From Acidobacteriaceae bacterium (GTDB lineage Bacteria; Acidobacteriota; Terriglobia; Terriglobales; Acidobacteriaceae): DNA of 64,000 bases. This document shows, piece by piece, positions 9,925 to 21,481 of the stretch (positions are counted from its first letter, which is position 1; every line of letters starts with the position of its first letter). The notes under the pieces are model-generated. The model made no database searches. It had not been told where the DNA came from and saw only the letters and a list, made by a program, of their open reading frames with translations. The DNA lies in the NCBI GenBank assembly GCA_003134995.1, contig PLDC01000023.1, positions 18,431 to 82,430 of the forward strand, read 5' to 3'. Made by a program: the position numbers and the translations under genes.

Positions 9925-12939
<3,015 letters not shown>

Positions 12940-12951
12940 GTGTCCGAGGGG

Positions 12952-13257
12952 CTAATCGCCGATAAATCTTAGGTATGTCTGCGGCTTTCCCTGACACTCG
13001 ACCGCAATCTCTCGAATTTTAGCCACTAACTCTCTCTCCTCTTCGTGGGAAAGCGTCTGCGCCAGGCGGTCGAGTTCCCTCACCAGTGGCCGCATTTGGT
13101 TAGTATTGAAAATCGTGTTGCTGTACGGATCGATCCATCCGAGCAAGGGGAAAGAGGCGTCATCGAAGGGCAAAATTTCATCAAGCAGCCCATTGCTTGG
13201 GAAAATCTCCTTGTATCTCTTTCCATCAATGTTCTGAAATGCGACTTTAAGGGGCAT
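12952..13257 (-). CDS. Hypothetical small cytoplasmic protein (101 aa)
   Basis: The ORF start overlaps the CYTH gene 3' end by 11 nt (13247-13257). No family recognised. Ends ...KPQTYLRFIGD. Confidence 0.55.
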   Translation of the reverse strand: MPLKVAFQNIDGKRYKEIFPSNGLLDEILPFDDASFPLLGWIDPYSNTIFNTNQMRPLVRELDRLAQTLSHEEERELVAKIREIAVECQGKPQTYLRFIGD

Positions 13258-13819
13258 ACTTGGCTCCTCTCACCGCGATAAACGTCATCTCTGCCGCTCC
13301 GCTCTTCGCCCGAGCTTTCCACTCCAGAAACAATCCTGCATAGTTCTTAGTAATGTAATCCGCCGGCTTCACGCTGAGCTTCTTTGCCGTAGCATCAATC
13401 CATCGCGGAGCGCCCTCGATCTCGCAAAAATTCCCGATGGGTGTCTCGTCCACGACGACCTGGCCTTTTCCATCCGCCCACTCGGCACGAAACTTCTCGT
13501 AGCGGAATGACGGCGTATATCCAAGTGCGCGCAAGATCAAATCCATCCGCTTGCCGTCGCCCACTGAAGTCTCCAGCTCCACGCGGCTGCTATGCCGTCC
13601 GGTCTTCTTCCCGGATTTATGCGTCAACGTCCAGTCTGAACCGTATTTGCGCAGCCGTAACAACTCCTTGCGCGCACGCAACACTTCTCCCGGCAGGTCA
13701 TATAACGTATTCATCTCATGAGTCCGCGGTGTCACCACGCGAAATCCGGCCCCACGGAGTTTACGCGCGAGCGCCCGCAAATCAGCCACGCGAAATTTGA
13801 TTTCGATTTCCTTGCTCAT
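13247..13819 (-). CDS. CYTH-domain protein (class IV adenylate cyclase / triphosphate tunnel metalloenzyme family)
   Basis: 190 aa. N-terminal EIEIKFRV (the ExExK motif that defines CYTH), then RLRKYGSDWTLTHK and VVVDETPIGNFCEIEG. Confidence 0.8.
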   Translation of the reverse strand: MSKEIEIKFRVADLRALARKLRGAGFRVVTPRTHEMNTLYDLPGEVLRARKELLRLRKYGSDWTLTHKSGKKTGRHSSRVELETSVGDGKRMDLILRALGYTPSFRYEKFRAEWADGKGQVVVDETPIGNFCEIEGAPRWIDATAKKLSVKPADYITKNYAGLFLEWKARAKSGAAEMTFIAVRGAKYAP

Positions 13820-13833
13820 CGGGGAAGATTGTA

Positions 13834-15072
13834 TTACGTCTCCCAGACCACAGGCTCAACCGGTCCGACCACAAACACCCATTGCAGCGCGCCCACCCAC
13901 GTAATCACCGACGTGATCACGAAAGGCCAATAAAAATGTCCAGTTCGTCCAACCAGGATTCCGGTGAGCGCGGGCGCAACTGCGCCTGCAAGGTTACCCA
14001 CAAAGTTCTGCGCCCCCATCCATCGCCCCACCGCGTGAGGACCCGCTAAAGTCTGTGTGACGGCGTTGAGATTTGAACTAACCAGGCCAAACGACGCACC
14101 AGCCAGAAGCAGCAGCACCACCAGAAGTTTGTCCGGCGCAGCTGCACAGCCCACCAGAAAGAGTCCGTTGCAAGCCATTCCCACCCCCATGAAAGTCTTG
14201 CGGACACGCGTTGGAGTGGCTCCGCCGGAAATCCATCGATCCGAAAGCCAGCCGCAGATCGGGGAAGACATGGCCGCTAGCAGAAACGTTGCGCCACCAA
14301 TCTTCGACATGCTCTCCGCAGAAAAATGACGTTCGCGCTGAAGATAAAAAGGCAGCCACGTCAGCAAAAAATATAGAAAGTAATTCGAGCAGAAATGTCC
14401 AATCCAGGTTCCCCACGAAGATCTATGCCGGAGAATTTCCACAAGCCCAGGACCCTGCTTCATGTCGAGCGCCCCCGTCGCGGCGGTGCGCGGCATCCAC
14501 CGAAGCCACGGAGGCAGCCACAACAGGCTTGCCAATCCGAGAACGACAAAAAACGGCCTCCAGCCAAAATGCGCCACCAGAGTTCCGCCGAAAAGAATCC
14601 CCAACGCCGGTCCCAGCGATTGGCCCGCTCCGACAATGGAATTGGCGAAGCCGCGCTGGTTTTCCACAAAGTGGTTCGCAAAAATCTTCGCGTAAGCCGG
14701 ATAAGCCACCGACTCGCCAGCCCCTACAATTACGCGGATGACGAGCAGCGCAGTAAAGGCATGCAGCGCGCCTGTGAACGCAGTGGCGGCCGACCACACA
14801 AAAAATCCGATGGCTAAAACCCACTTCACATCGAAGCGGTCGACCAGCCATCCGGCCAAAAGCTGCATGCAGGCATAGGTCCAGAAGAAAGCGGAAAGCA
14901 AAACTCCCAGCTGCGAGGCTGAGAGACGCAGTTCATCTTGCAGCAGCGGCGCCGCAACCGAAAGATTGGCGCGGTCGATGTAGTTGATGAAAACCGAAAG
15001 GCCGAGCAGGAGGAGAATGCCATTCATCCCGCTGGCGCGTGGAGCATCGTCGGACGCAGCAGTCGTAGCCAA
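13834..15072 (-). CDS. MFS transporter (anion:cation symporter-like)
   Basis: 412 aa with about 12 hydrophobic segments. FINYIDRANLSVAAP near the N-terminus is typical of ACS-type MFS. Confidence 0.85.
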   Translation of the reverse strand: MATTAASDDAPRASGMNGILLLLGLSVFINYIDRANLSVAAPLLQDELRLSASQLGVLLSAFFWTYACMQLLAGWLVDRFDVKWVLAIGFFVWSAATAFTGALHAFTALLVIRVIVGAGESVAYPAYAKIFANHFVENQRGFANSIVGAGQSLGPALGILFGGTLVAHFGWRPFFVVLGLASLLWLPPWLRWMPRTAATGALDMKQGPGLVEILRHRSSWGTWIGHFCSNYFLYFLLTWLPFYLQRERHFSAESMSKIGGATFLLAAMSSPICGWLSDRWISGGATPTRVRKTFMGVGMACNGLFLVGCAAAPDKLLVVLLLLAGASFGLVSSNLNAVTQTLAGPHAVGRWMGAQNFVGNLAGAVAPALTGILVGRTGHFYWPFVITSVITWVGALQWVFVVGPVEPVVWET

Positions 15073-15125
15073 GCCCAGCCATGCTATACCATCGCGCTCG
15101 TCGCATGGCGATCATTGCATGACGC

Positions 15126-16094
15126 TCAACTGAACGTCGGCAGCTTTACCAGATCGTTCTGCGGCACCGATTCCACTGGCTCGCCGGCTTTGCGCCAGGC
15201 CGTCAGTCCGCCGACAATTACGAACGTGTTGAATCCTTTTTCCCGCAGCAGGTGCGCCACCCGGGCGCTAGTCGCTTCGCGCGCTCAAGTACAGTACAGA
15301 TAAATGTCCTTGTCCTTGGGAAGGTTCTTGATTTCTTCCTCAAGATTATTGGGCTCGATGCGGATCGAGCCTTTGATCCGCTCTCCGCCGGAGTCGTAGT
15401 AGCCGTGGCTGCGAACATCCACAATCAGGACCTTGTTGGCGTCTTCCGATGCCAGGCGAGCGGCCAGCTCCTGAACCTGAATGCGCGGCACCACGCGATA
15501 AACCTTGTGCTTGCGAAACTGCACAATGCGATAAATCGCATACACAATCAGCGCGGCGACAATCACCGCTTCCATGGCTCGCCCGGCCGCGTGAAACCCG
15601 CTCAGGATCGCCTTCAGAAAATCGCGCGAAACATAACCCACCACAAGATATGTGATCGCATACACCAGAGCCCCAGCGAAATCCAGCTGCAGAAACTGCC
15701 AGAAGCGCATCTTCATGCTGCCCGCCAGCGGCGCAGCCATGGTGTTAACGCCAGGAATAAATTTCGCGATCACCAGCGTGACTTTGCCGCGCTTGTAGAA
15801 CGACTCCGCCGACCGCAGAATGCAGGTTTCCGGATTGATCGACACGCGGCACAGAAATCCCAGCAGCCCCCAGCCCATGTAGCGTCCCAGCCAGAACTGC
15901 ACCGTATCACCCAGCAGCAAAGCCGAAACTGCTGCCAAAAAGACGTACGGACCCCACAGCGCGTGAGCCGCGACCGCAGCTCCCGCCGCTACCAGCGCGA
16001 GCGCCGCAGGAAAAGGAAGCCCGATCGCCTCCGCCAGCAACAGGCCAAAGGTCAGGGCATATCCGTGACGCGCCATGAGCGCAAACAAATTCAT
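15126..16094 (-). CDS. DedA-family membrane protein fused to a C-terminal rhodanese domain; contains an in-frame TGA (15285-15287) in the rhodanese active-site loop (Sec candidate or nonsense mutation)
   Basis: DedA part: MNLFALMARHGYALTFGLLLAEAIGLPFP...GDTVQFWLGRY. Rhodanese part: LIVDVRSHGYYDSGGERIKGSIRIEP...KDIYLYCT-[TGA]-AREATSARVAHLLREKGFNTFVIVGGLTAWRKAGEPVE. The 53 codons after the TGA are open in the same frame and end at TGA 15126-15128. Start taken as ATG 16094 (MNLF...). Confidence 0.7.
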
Positions 16095-16219
16095 AAAGAC
16101 TGTTGGATAGGGAAAATCAGGAAAGGGTTCAATATAGCAAATGCGAAGGCACGGCGGAGGAGTTGCAAACGAAAAACTGCGGGACGACCTCGTCGTCCCG
16201 CTCACTGTTCAGTTGCCAT

Positions 16220-16573
16220 CTACTTGCTCATGGAATCGTTTTTCATCGCGTCACCCTTGATCATCTTGACGCTCATGACGTGGATTAAGTTTTGATCGGC
16301 ATAGACGTGGGCACTCAACTGCACATGATGTCCCTCGTGTCCCTTGAGTTCTTCGGGGTTCTTTACATCCCAGCTCTTGCCGTCTTTGTCATTGACGAAC
16401 GTGTACTTGTCGCCATCGGCTTTAACCGTACCCTTGAGCGTCATCAGCGGAGCTTTCGCATCCGCTTGGGTTTGCGACATGTTGTGATCTTGCGACATGC
16501 TCGAGTCCTGCGCGAAGGCAGTCAAGCTGATCGCGAATGACAGGGCCATCAGACCAACCATTAATTTCTTCAT
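16220..16573 (-). CDS. Small secreted protein, unknown function
   Basis: 117 aa. Signal peptide MKKLMVGLMALSFAISLTAFAQD. His/Met-rich mature part. Confidence 0.6.
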   Translation of the reverse strand: MKKLMVGLMALSFAISLTAFAQDSSMSQDHNMSQTQADAKAPLMTLKGTVKADGDKYTFVNDKDGKSWDVKNPEELKGHEGHHVQLSAHVYADQNLIHVMSVKMIKGDAMKNDSMSK

Positions 16574-16761
16574 TCGTTTGTTCCCTTCTTATTTTGAGAG
16601 TCTGGCCAGATTTCTACCTCTTACATCAGTACGTGTGTGGCTCGCGAACGGATTGTTGGTAGTTGGTGGTGTTTAAGGACGAAGAGGTTGCTGAGAATCG
16701 CGGAAAGTCAGCAAATGCAAAATGCCGGAAGCCGAAAGCCGGGAACCGGAAGCCGGTTTCT

Positions 16762-17751
16762 CTACTTCTCCCGCGCCACAACAAACTCTGGCGCCCACAG
16801 CAGAGCCCGTTTAATCTCGGAATCCGGGAAAGTGCACAGCGCCTTCTGCGCGGACTCCCCATACTGCGCGGCACGAACAGTCGCGGCTTCCAGAGATCCA
16901 TAGCGCCGCAGGATTTCCATGATCTGCGCATGGGTCACGCCGTTGAAAGCCCGCTCGCGCAGAATGGTTTCGATCTTGGCTCGTTCCTCCGCCGTGCAGC
17001 GCTCCAGTGCGTGGATCACCGCCATCGTAACCTTGCCTTCGCGCAGATCGCTCGCCACAGGTTTGCCCAAAACATCTTCAGATGCGGTCAGATCGAGCAC
17101 ATCATCCACGATCTGAAATGCCATGCCAAGATCGTGGCCATACTTGCCCAGCGCTTCTTCCTGCGCGGCCGTCGCCCCGCCAAGAATCGCTCCCATCCGC
17201 ATGCAAACCGAAAACAGGCAAGCGGTCTTGCGGTAAATGAGATCGAAATGCTCGTCGAGGGTAATCGGCTTTCCGAGCTTTTCCATCTGCAGCAGTTCGC
17301 CTTCAACCATCTGCTGCGTGAGTTCAATCAATGTGTCGAGAATGCGAAAATTGCGCTCCTGCACCGCGACTTTGAAAGCCTGCATGTAGAGCCAGTCGCC
17401 CGCCAGCACGCATTTCGAATTGCCCCACTGCGTGTTGGCCGCCGGACGTCCGCGGCGCGTTTTCGCCTCGTCAATGATGTCGTCATGCACGAGCGTCGCG
17501 GTATGAATGATCTCGACCACCGCGCCCAGTCGCACGGCCCCGCGCCCCTGGTAATCGAACAGCTTGGAAGAAAGAAAAAGCAGCGCAGGACGGATCCGCT
17601 TGCCTCCGCCGTTCCGCAGATACTCCCCTATCTCCGTGATAGCTTGCACGTCGGAGACGGTATCCTGCCCGAACTCTCCCTCCAGCGCCACGAGATCGTC
17701 GTGCAGCAGGTCGAAGATTTCCTTCCCGTTAATAATGGCCGGCGCGCTCAA
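16762..17751 (-). CDS. Polyprenyl diphosphate synthase (IspB-like, trans-isoprenyl)
   Basis: 329 aa. First Asp-rich motif LVHDDIIDEAKTRRGRP and second FQIVDDVLD. Confidence 0.9.
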   Translation of the reverse strand: MSAPAIINGKEIFDLLHDDLVALEGEFGQDTVSDVQAITEIGEYLRNGGGKRIRPALLFLSSKLFDYQGRGAVRLGAVVEIIHTATLVHDDIIDEAKTRRGRPAANTQWGNSKCVLAGDWLYMQAFKVAVQERNFRILDTLIELTQQMVEGELLQMEKLGKPITLDEHFDLIYRKTACLFSVCMRMGAILGGATAAQEEALGKYGHDLGMAFQIVDDVLDLTASEDVLGKPVASDLREGKVTMAVIHALERCTAEERAKIETILRERAFNGVTHAQIMEILRRYGSLEAATVRAAQYGESAQKALCTFPDSEIKRALLWAPEFVVAREK

Positions 17752-17753
17752 TG

Positions 17754-17817
17754 TTTCTCTCTGTGTCCTCCGCGGCAGTTCTCAGCGTCCTCCGCGTTAA
17801 GGTTTTGTTTTAGTTGG
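17754..17817 (+). repeat. Dispersed intergenic repeat (CCNYGTG-unit family)
   Basis: tttctctctgtgtcctccgcggcagttctcagcgtcctccgcgttaaggttttgttttagttgg. It shares the ...tcctccgYgttaaggtttt module with the 21.44 and 61.48 kb copies. Confidence 0.6.
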
Positions 17818-18304
17818 TTCGGTAATTAGTAAACTGCAAATCGATTCCGAAATCGTGCCCACGCAGCATCGCTATAACTTCCTGCAGCGTGTCGCGATCT
17901 TTGCTGCTGATGCGCACCAGGTCCGCCTGGATCGAAGCATTTGCTTTCTTCTTCGAATCTTTCACCAGCTTTACAATCTCTTTTGCCTTCTCGATTGCGA
18001 TCCCCTGCTGCATGGTGACTTTGCGCCTGGCCGTCCCGCCCGCCGCCGGTTCCACTGCCCCGTAGGTCAATCCCTTCAGCGACACGCCACGCTTCACCAA
18101 TTTCTGTTGCAGAACGTCATTAACAGCCTTCAGCTTGTATTCGTCGGCCGATTGCATCACGATCGCGTCTTTTTCCAATTCGATATTGGACTTGGAATCC
18201 TTCAGGTCAAAGCGCTGATGGATCTCCTTCAGCGCCTGCTGGATTGCGTTCGAGACCTCGGTCAGGTCGATCTTGCTCACGATGTCAAAAGTGTTTTCGG
18301 GCAT
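17810..18304 (-). CDS. yajQ: YajQ-family (UPF0234) nucleotide/c-di-GMP-binding protein
   Basis: 164 aa. MPENTFDIVSKIDLTEVSNAIQQALKEIHQRFDLKDSKSNIELEKD is the characteristic YajQ N-terminus. Confidence 0.85.
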   Translation of the reverse strand: MPENTFDIVSKIDLTEVSNAIQQALKEIHQRFDLKDSKSNIELEKDAIVMQSADEYKLKAVNDVLQQKLVKRGVSLKGLTYGAVEPAAGGTARRKVTMQQGIAIEKAKEIVKLVKDSKKKANASIQADLVRISSKDRDTLQEVIAMLRGHDFGIDLQFTNYRTN

Positions 18305-18376
18305 CGGATTTCAATTCTTTCTGAAATGATGGAATCTGACTCTTGAGGGTATCAGAAGACGCGCTCAGGCCGGCAA

Positions 18377-19201
18377 CTAAACTGCTGAAACTTTGCTTTC
18401 AGCAGTTTCAGCCAATTTGAAAAAATTGTAGAAGTTGCGAGCCGTCCGTCGACCAACTTCTTCGGCTGCCATTCCCCGCAATTCGCCGAGCTTTCGAGCC
18501 GTTTCCGCTACGAAGGCCGGCTCGTTGCGCTTGCCGCGATGCGGCACCGGCGCCAGGTAGGGTGAATCTGTTTCGATCAGCATGCGATCCAGCGGAACTT
18601 CGACCGCCGCATCGCGAATCTGCTGCGCTTTGGGAAAAGTCACGTTGCCGGCGAATGAAATCATGAATCCCATATCAAGCGCGCTCTGTGCCTGCGCCCA
18701 GTTTCCTGTGAAGCAGTGCAGAACTCCGCCCAACCCATTCGCCGCCCAATGCGATTGCATCAGCCCAAGGCAATCTTCCCACGCATTCTCGCTCGCGTCC
18801 GACGGACGGCAATGAATGACAATCGGCAGCTTCGCAGCCGCAGCCAGTTCCATCTGCCGCGTGAATACATTTTTTTGAACGTCGCGCGGTGAGTGATCAT
18901 AGAAATAATCCAAGCCAATCTCGCCCCAGGCAATTACCTTGGGATGCTTTGCCAGCCGCTCCATATTCTGGTAAGCAGCCTCATCCGCAAGCCGCGCCTC
19001 ATGCGGATGAATGCCCAGCGTCGCGTAAATGAAATCGTATTTCTCCGCCAACCGAATTCCGCAATCCACTTGGGCCGGCCCATCGCCGTTGCCGATTGCG
19101 ACGATAGCCTGCACTCCGGCCTCACGAGCCCGAGCAATCACCGCCTCGCGATCCGAGTCGAACTGCTGGCCATCAAGATGAGCGTGAGAATCTACAAACA
19201 T
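18377..19201 (-). CDS. TatD-family metal-dependent hydrolase/DNase
   Basis: 274 aa. MFVDSHAHLD...IGLDYFY...IVIHCR...ETDSPYLAPVPHRGKRNEP. Confidence 0.9.
   Translation of the reverse strand: MFVDSHAHLDGQQFDSDREAVIARAREAGVQAIVAIGNGDGPAQVDCGIRLAEKYDFIYATLGIHPHEARLADEAAYQNMERLAKHPKVIAWGEIGLDYFYDHSPRDVQKNVFTRQMELAAAAKLPIVIHCRPSDASENAWEDCLGLMQSHWAANGLGGVLHCFTGNWAQAQSALDMGFMISFAGNVTFPKAQQIRDAAVEVPLDRMLIETDSPYLAPVPHRGKRNEPAFVAETARKLGELRGMAAEEVGRRTARNFYNFFKLAETAESKVSAV
18379..18408 (-). terminator. Perfect 12-bp hairpin spanning the last codons and stop of the TatD-family gene
   Basis: AAACTGCTGAAA(18379-18390)-ctttgc-TTTCAGCAGTTT(18397-18408). It lies between the co-directional tatD-like and yajQ genes. 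There is no long U-tract apart from the UUU of the stem. Confidence 0.35.
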
Positions 19202-19394
19202 GTCGTTGGTCGTTAGTCGTTGGTCGTTGGCAAATCACAGAGCCCGGCACTACACGTGTGGAGACGGACGCATTCGTCCGCCCATGCCGAGCAAAGCTCG
19301 ACTAGCTTTTGACTTCCTGTCTATAAACTTACTGCCGCCCGCTCTACTTCAACCGCCCGGGGTTGGCCAACGACCAACGACGAAGGATCAACGA
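19201..19394. repeat. MITE-like element with GGTCGTTGG-rich terminal inverted repeats
   Basis: Left arm tgtcgttggtcgttagtcgttggtcgttggc (19201-19231). Right arm ttggccaacgaccaacgacgaaggatcaacga (19363-19394). 16-nt perfect complement between 19216-19231 and 19366-19381. The roughly 130-bp core contains the hairpin CGGACG-catt-CGTCCG. The element fills the tatD-metG spacer. Confidence 0.65.
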
Positions 19395-19399
19395 TGCCC

Positions 19400-21427
19400 T
19401 CACTTCAGCCGCGCCCCCACCGGCACATCCTCCAAAAACCCCGCCAGCACGGGCTTCCCATCCTCGAGCGAAGCCGCGACGATCATCCCATTCGATTCCA
19501 TCCCGCGCAGCTTTCTCGGAGCGAGATTGGCGACAATCACAACTTTCCGTCCAACCAAAGTTTCCGGCGCATATGCCTCTGCGATCCCGGCCAGCACCTG
19601 CCGCACTTCGGTTCCAATGTCAATCTCCAGCCGCAAGAGCTTGTCCGCCTTCGGCACTCGCTCCGCAACCTTCACCAACCCCACGCGCAGTTCGATCTTG
19701 GCAAAGTCATCGATCGAAATCTTTTCGCTCGTTGCCGATACGACTGGGGACATCGTCCCAAGAGCAAGCGCCGGAAGCGTCGGAACAGCCTGCACCCCTG
19801 CTGGCGCGGCACTCTCTCTCACTGGCTCGGCCGGCGTACTTCTACCTTCCTCTTCCATCTTCTGCATCCTTTCAATCGCGCTCTTGTCGGCGCGCGGAAA
19901 AACGGGCTGCACCTCGCCCAGCTTCGTGCCCAAAGGCAGTTGTCCCCAGGTCAGTTCGTTCAAGGCAAGCTTCTTTATATCTCCTAACCCCATCTGCACC
20001 CAGATTTTCGCAGTGGCCTCTGGTATCACTGGATGCGCCAGTGCCGTGGCGATCCGCAGCGCCTCCGCCGCGGTATAAAGCACAGTTGCCAAACGCGAGC
20101 GGCTGTCCTCATCTTGCTTCTCGCCCAGCGCCCAAGGTTCATTCTCGACGATATATTTATCGACCGCCGCCACCAGCGCCCACGCCGCTTCGAGCGCGCG
20201 CGAAAACTGGAACTGATCAAACAGCGTCCCAAATTCGCGAATCGTTTTCCGCGCCGTGTCGGCGACAGCATCATCTGCTGCAGTTTTCGAAGCCCCATGC
20301 GAGGGATACGGCACCTCGCCCTTGAAATACCGGTTAATCATCGTTAGGGTGCGGCTGGCCAGATTTCCCAACCCATTCGCCAGGTCGGAGTTATAGCGCT
20401 GCACCAGCGCGTCGAAGGAAAACGATCCATCCTGCCCGAACACGACTTCGCGCAGCAAAAAATAGCGCAGCGCATCCGCGCCCAGTACGTCGAGAATCGT
20501 TTCCGTGCGCACAATATTCCCGCGCGACTTCGACATCTTGCTCTCTTCAAACAGCAGCCATCCATGCGCGACGATAGTCTTCGGCTCAGAAAGTCCCGCC
20601 GCCATCAGAAACGCCGGCCAGTAAACACAATGGAAGCGGACAATTTCCTTCCCGATCATCTGCACATCCGCGGGCCAATATTTCTTAAACGCCTCCTGCG
20701 CCCCCGCGTGCGATGATCCGTAGCCAATCGCGGTAATGTAATTCGCCAGCGCGTCCAGCCACACGTAAATCACATGCTTGGGATCGTCGGGCACCGGAAT
20801 TCCCCAGGTAAACGTCGACCGGCTGACGGAAAGATCGCGCAGCCCCGACTTCACAAACGAAATCACTTCGTTGCGCCGCGCCTCCGGACGAATAAAGTCC
20901 GGATTCTCATACAGTGCCAGCAGCTTGTCCTGAAACGCCGAAAGCTTGAAGAAGTAATTTTCTTCCTGCACCGTCTCAGTGATGCGCCCGCACGTTGGAC
21001 AAGGATCGCCGGGTTGCGCTCCATCGACATACAGTTCGTCCGAAACGCAATATTGCCCTGTGTAAGTGCCTTTATAGATGTAGCCGTTGTCGCGAATGCG
21101 CCGGAAGAGTTCCTGCACGCGCTTCTTGTGCCGGTCTTCCGTGGTGCGGATGAAGTCGTCATTCGAAATTCCCATCCGCTTCCATAACTGCCGAAACTCC
21201 GCCGAAATCTCATCCGCATACTGCTGCGGAGTCTTGCCCGCGGCCTCCGCAGCCCGCTCAATCTTCTGCCCGTGCTCGTCAGTGCCAGTGAGAAAAAAAG
21301 TGTCCGCGCCCAGCAGTCGCTGCCGCCGCGCAATCGTGTCGCAAGCAATCGTCGTATAAGCGTGCCCAATGTGCGGCCGCGCATTCACGTAATAAATCGG
21401 CGTAGTAATGTAAAACTTCCTGCTCAT
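19400..21427 (-). CDS. metG: Methionyl-tRNA synthetase with C-terminal tRNA-binding (EMAP-like) domain
   Basis: MSRKFYITTPIYYVNARPHIGHAYTTI (HIGH motif), KMSKSRGN (KMSKS), C-terminal KIELRVGLVKVAERVPKADKLLRLEIDIG. Start moved to ATG 21427 because the track's 21 extra residues (..HRGHRGSQG..) are a translated intergenic repeat. Confidence 0.95.
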   Translation of the reverse strand: MSRKFYITTPIYYVNARPHIGHAYTTIACDTIARRQRLLGADTFFLTGTDEHGQKIERAAEAAGKTPQQYADEISAEFRQLWKRMGISNDDFIRTTEDRHKKRVQELFRRIRDNGYIYKGTYTGQYCVSDELYVDGAQPGDPCPTCGRITETVQEENYFFKLSAFQDKLLALYENPDFIRPEARRNEVISFVKSGLRDLSVSRSTFTWGIPVPDDPKHVIYVWLDALANYITAIGYGSSHAGAQEAFKKYWPADVQMIGKEIVRFHCVYWPAFLMAAGLSEPKTIVAHGWLLFEESKMSKSRGNIVRTETILDVLGADALRYFLLREVVFGQDGSFSFDALVQRYNSDLANGLGNLASRTLTMINRYFKGEVPYPSHGASKTAADDAVADTARKTIREFGTLFDQFQFSRALEAAWALVAAVDKYIVENEPWALGEKQDEDSRSRLATVLYTAAEALRIATALAHPVIPEATAKIWVQMGLGDIKKLALNELTWGQLPLGTKLGEVQPVFPRADKSAIERMQKMEEEGRSTPAEPVRESAAPAGVQAVPTLPALALGTMSPVVSATSEKISIDDFAKIELRVGLVKVAERVPKADKLLRLEIDIGTEVRQVLAGIAEAYAPETLVGRKVVIVANLAPRKLRGMESNGMIVAASLEDGKPVLAGFLEDVPVGARLK

Positions 21428-21437
21428 AAAGTCTTTT

Positions 21438-21481
21438 GAATTACCCTGTGAACCTCTGTGTCCCCTGTGTTTAAGGTTTTG
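21438..21481 (+). repeat. Dispersed intergenic repeat (CCNYGTG-unit family)
   Basis: gaattaccctgtgaacctctgtgtcccctgtgtttaaggttttg has three CCNYGTG units at 10-nt spacing followed by TTTAAGGTTTT. It closely resembles 61480-61531. Confidence 0.65.

Noticed and set aside
15252-16295. 347-aa plus-strand ORF overlapping the DedA-rhodanese gene
   Set aside because: Arg/Gln/His-rich low-complexity translation antisense to a gene with clear DedA and rhodanese similarity.
16700-16765. CCGGAAGCC-type repeats and short palindromes (AACCGG-aag-CCGGTT) downstream of the polyprenyl synthase gene as a terminator
   Set aside because: Several alternative weak pairings are possible and none is clearly dominant. 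The region is plausibly a terminator, but I could not define a convincing stem.
16663-17829. 388-aa plus-strand ORF overlapping the polyprenyl synthase gene
   Set aside because: Antisense shadow. The minus-strand product carries both DDxxD motifs.
19200-20325. Plus-strand ORFs of 292-320 aa (P/S/A/R-rich) opposite metG
   Set aside because: Low-complexity antisense or alternate-frame translations of the metG region. metG itself has the HIGH and KMSKS motifs.
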